A stretch of DNA of 46,193 nucleotides from a virus, in the IMG/VR virus record IMGVR_UViG_3300045988_103144; one strand, 5' to 3'. This document shows positions 44,405 to 46,193 of this stretch, in pieces (the stretch's first letter is position 1; each line of letters begins with the position of its first letter). The notes beneath the pieces were generated by a model that was given only the letters and a program-made list of their open reading frames with translations, had not been told where the DNA came from and ran no database searches. Position numbers and translations under genes: made by a program.

Positions 44405-44630
44405 TACTTAATTTTAAATTTTCAAATGCCCTACGCACGTCGTGCGCCACGTTGTCACGGTCTTTTCTGAGGTTCTCCATATCGGTGCGCCGATTTGATG
44501 GCATTGAGAAAAACTCATGCTTTAATGCCTCAATTTCGGGTGAATTCTCCTTGTATTTGTTAGAAGAAGCACTGCGAAAAACGGAAACTCCATTCTTGAC
44601 GAAGTGAGTAATATCGTTGATGATGCACAT
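44397..44630 (-). CDS. Hypothetical protein
   Basis: 77 aa. It overlaps the downstream gene by 8 nt. It is preceded by GGAGG, a Shine-Dalgarno-like sequence not seen at the other gene starts spot-checked here. Confidence 0.45.
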   Translation of the reverse strand: MCIINDITHFVKNGVSVFRSASSNKYKENSPEIEALKHEFFSMPSNRRTDMENLRKDRDNVAHDVRRAFENLKLSNG

Positions 44631-44780
44631 AATTTTAACCTCCTTTTAAGATTATTTTTATATTACTTTTGTCCAACTCTGTAGATCTTTCTCATGTTAG
44701 CGTTGATAAATCCGCATGACGCAACGGGCGGCAAGACCTTTGCCCCGTTATTTGGAGTTAAATGCCAAACGAGTTGCGCC

Positions 44781-44975
44781 CTAACATACACGTTCTTTCT
44801 CCTTGGAGTTGGAATACGACACGGCTGTACCGAAATTCTCCCTAACGAATTCGGCGTACTCAATGACATCGGGGCCAATCTCATTGAGATATTCTATTTC
44901 TCTCCAATCCTTTTCGATTACATCCTTTGGGGTGTTCTCGAAGTAATCTTTGAGGCTTTCAAAAAGATTTCCCAT
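44781..44975 (-). CDS. Hypothetical small acidic protein
   Basis: 64 aa. A TAATTTTG box lies on the minus strand at 45033-45026. Confidence 0.4.
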   Translation of the reverse strand: MGNLFESLKDYFENTPKDVIEKDWREIEYLNEIGPDVIEYAEFVRENFGTAVSYSNSKEKERVC

Positions 44976-45067
44976 AATTCTTAATTTATTTAATGTTTTG
45001 TTTAATGTTTTGTACTTTTGGACTGCAAAATTAATATTTTTAATTCAAACAGCAATATTTTTTGCCC

Positions 45068-45084
45068 GTTAGTTACTTACTTAT
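45068..45084. promoter_or_regulatory. Class II copy of the recurrent 17-mer motif (GTTAGTTACTTACTTAT)
   Basis: Identical to 16600-16616. Confidence 0.5.
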
Positions 45085-45270
45085 ACGAATATTTAACACT
45101 AATCGTCCTAAAAAACTCATTCTAAGCGCATTTTGCGGCAAAAACACGTAAACTGGTTGTAAACGGGTTTACAACTGTTACACTATTGTTTCACATCGCA
45201 AACGCCAAATTATCGGTACGGAAAACGGCGATTTCCATACGGCAAACCGCCGATAACCGTACCGATAATC

Positions 45271-45501
45271 TCACGGCTCACCCAGGGCATCCACTATCAG
45301 GCGCACTTGTGCCGGTGTGAAACTGCGGCTGCGCTCTGTGTAACCAATGGCGGCAAGCTGCTCCATAAGCCCGGGGTATAGGTGCATCCATCGGCGGAAT
45401 TTCTTCCACGCCGATTCGGGCATGATGCAATTACAGTACTTTGCCGCAAGTTCCATGCGGCCGTACTCCCTTATCTTGAAATTATCTTTGTTCTGTTCCA
45501 T
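45271..45501 (-). CDS. DUF4248-like protein
   Basis: 76 aa with the pattern YGRMELAAKY...AWKKFRRWM...L...GY...RSFTPAQVRLIVDALGEP. It is divergent from the HU-like gene. Confidence 0.6.
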   Translation of the reverse strand: MEQNKDNFKIREYGRMELAAKYCNCIMPESAWKKFRRWMHLYPGLMEQLAAIGYTERSRSFTPAQVRLIVDALGEP

Positions 45502-45659
45502 GGGTGCAAAAGTAAGGAAAACAAACGTGAAAATATAATTAATCGCTGCCTACAACAGACGGTAACAGGATACAACGGCACGCATCCGGATTCTTGCCAA
45601 AAATGGCTGCTATCTTTGTGGCGGCAATAGTGCCAAACAACCTTTTAAACGCAAATAGT

Positions 45660-46166
45660 ATGATACGTTACAAGAAGTACAAAAGCAATCAGACGGGCGT
45701 AACCAAAAACAAGTGGTACGGCCGTGCCGTTACCGAACTTATGGAGTTTGAGGAATTCGTAAAGCACATGGCAAACCATCACTGCGTGTTCGGTGAGTCC
45801 ACAATCCGCGGCGTGCTGATCGAGATGCAGATTTGTATGCGTGAGCTGCTGCTGGAAGGCAAGGCGGTACGCCTCGATGACCTCGGCATCTTCCGCATTG
45901 GCCTGGAAACCTCCGCGGCTACCACCGCCAAGGAGTTTACCGCCGACAACATCAAAGCTGTGCGCCTTAACCTCTATCTCGGCAAACGCTTCCGTGCTGC
46001 GGACCTCTACAAAGATGCCAAGTTCCGTGAGGCTGGCAAGTATGATGGCGGCGGCGACGATGGCGGCGAGACTGCCGGTACCCACGATGAGGGTAGCAAC
46101 ACCAGTGGTGGCAATATGCCGGACGGCGGCTCCACCGATGATTCAGCCGATGTTGGGCTAGAGTAA
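45660..46166 (+). CDS. HU-family (Bacteroides HU_HIG-type) DNA-binding protein with a Gly/Asp-rich tail
   Basis: 168 aa counted from the ATG at 45660. MIRYKKYKSNQ...WYGRAV...EFVKHMANH...IRGVLIEMQICMRELLLEGKAVRLDDLGIFRIGL. Confidence 0.6.
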   Translation: MIRYKKYKSNQTGVTKNKWYGRAVTELMEFEEFVKHMANHHCVFGESTIRGVLIEMQICMRELLLEGKAVRLDDLGIFRIGLETSAATTAKEFTADNIKAVRLNLYLGKRFRAADLYKDAKFREAGKYDGGGDDGGETAGTHDEGSNTSGGNMPDGGSTDDSADVGLE

Positions 46167-46193
46167 TGGCTTCTGTAATTAGTGGCGAAATAT
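46117..46193. repeat. Terminal direct repeat, copy 2 (identical to 1..77)
   Basis: Exact 77-nt identity with the window start. Confidence 0.9.

Noticed and set aside
44663-44984. Overlapping ORFs 44663..44884 (-) and 44694..44984 (+)
   Set aside because: They conflict with each other and with the better-placed 64-aa ORF 44781..44975, which has a promoter box upstream. Their translations look non-protein-like.

Overview
The window is a complete, circularly closed phage genome. The first 77 nt are identical to the last 77 nt, so the unique length is about 46,116 bp. It looks like a temperate siphovirus-type phage of a Bacteroidota host. The host call rests on Bacteroides-type TTTG-N19-21-TAnnTTTG promoters, little Shine-Dalgarno usage, a DUF4248/HU-like gene pair and a Bacteroides-style tyrosine integrase. 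Almost all genes are on the minus strand. Modules in window order:
- packaging: TerL, P27-like TerS, HNH, plus PLD-like and T5orf172 nuclease-like genes;
- replication: SNF2 helicase, VRR-NUC, VirE-type primase-helicase, PolA, DUF2815 SSB, DUF2800 nuclease, with an iteron/AT-rich origin-like region;
- lysogeny switch: CI-like repressor, Xis/Cro-like HTH, integrase, candidate attP;
- lysis cassette: holin-like protein, amidase, unimolecular-spanin-like lipoprotein;
- a diversity-generating retroelement (DGR);
- tail fibre/baseplate genes, tape measure, frameshifted tail chaperones and an HK97-type head module;
- a Rha-type antirepressor and small plus-strand accessory islands.

The outstanding system is the complete DGR (target-avd-TR-RT, 20267..22935). 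It has two DUF1566/lectin-fold targets. One is adjacent to the tail-fibre genes. The other is 11 kb away, inside the replication module. The remote variable repeat (VR) differs from the template repeat (TR) only at TR adenines. The adjacent VR carries a codon deletion and one non-adenine mismatch. Both VRs are followed by a conserved GAAA-loop hairpin with a compensatory stem change.

All family assignments come from motif recognition by eye. No database search was run.
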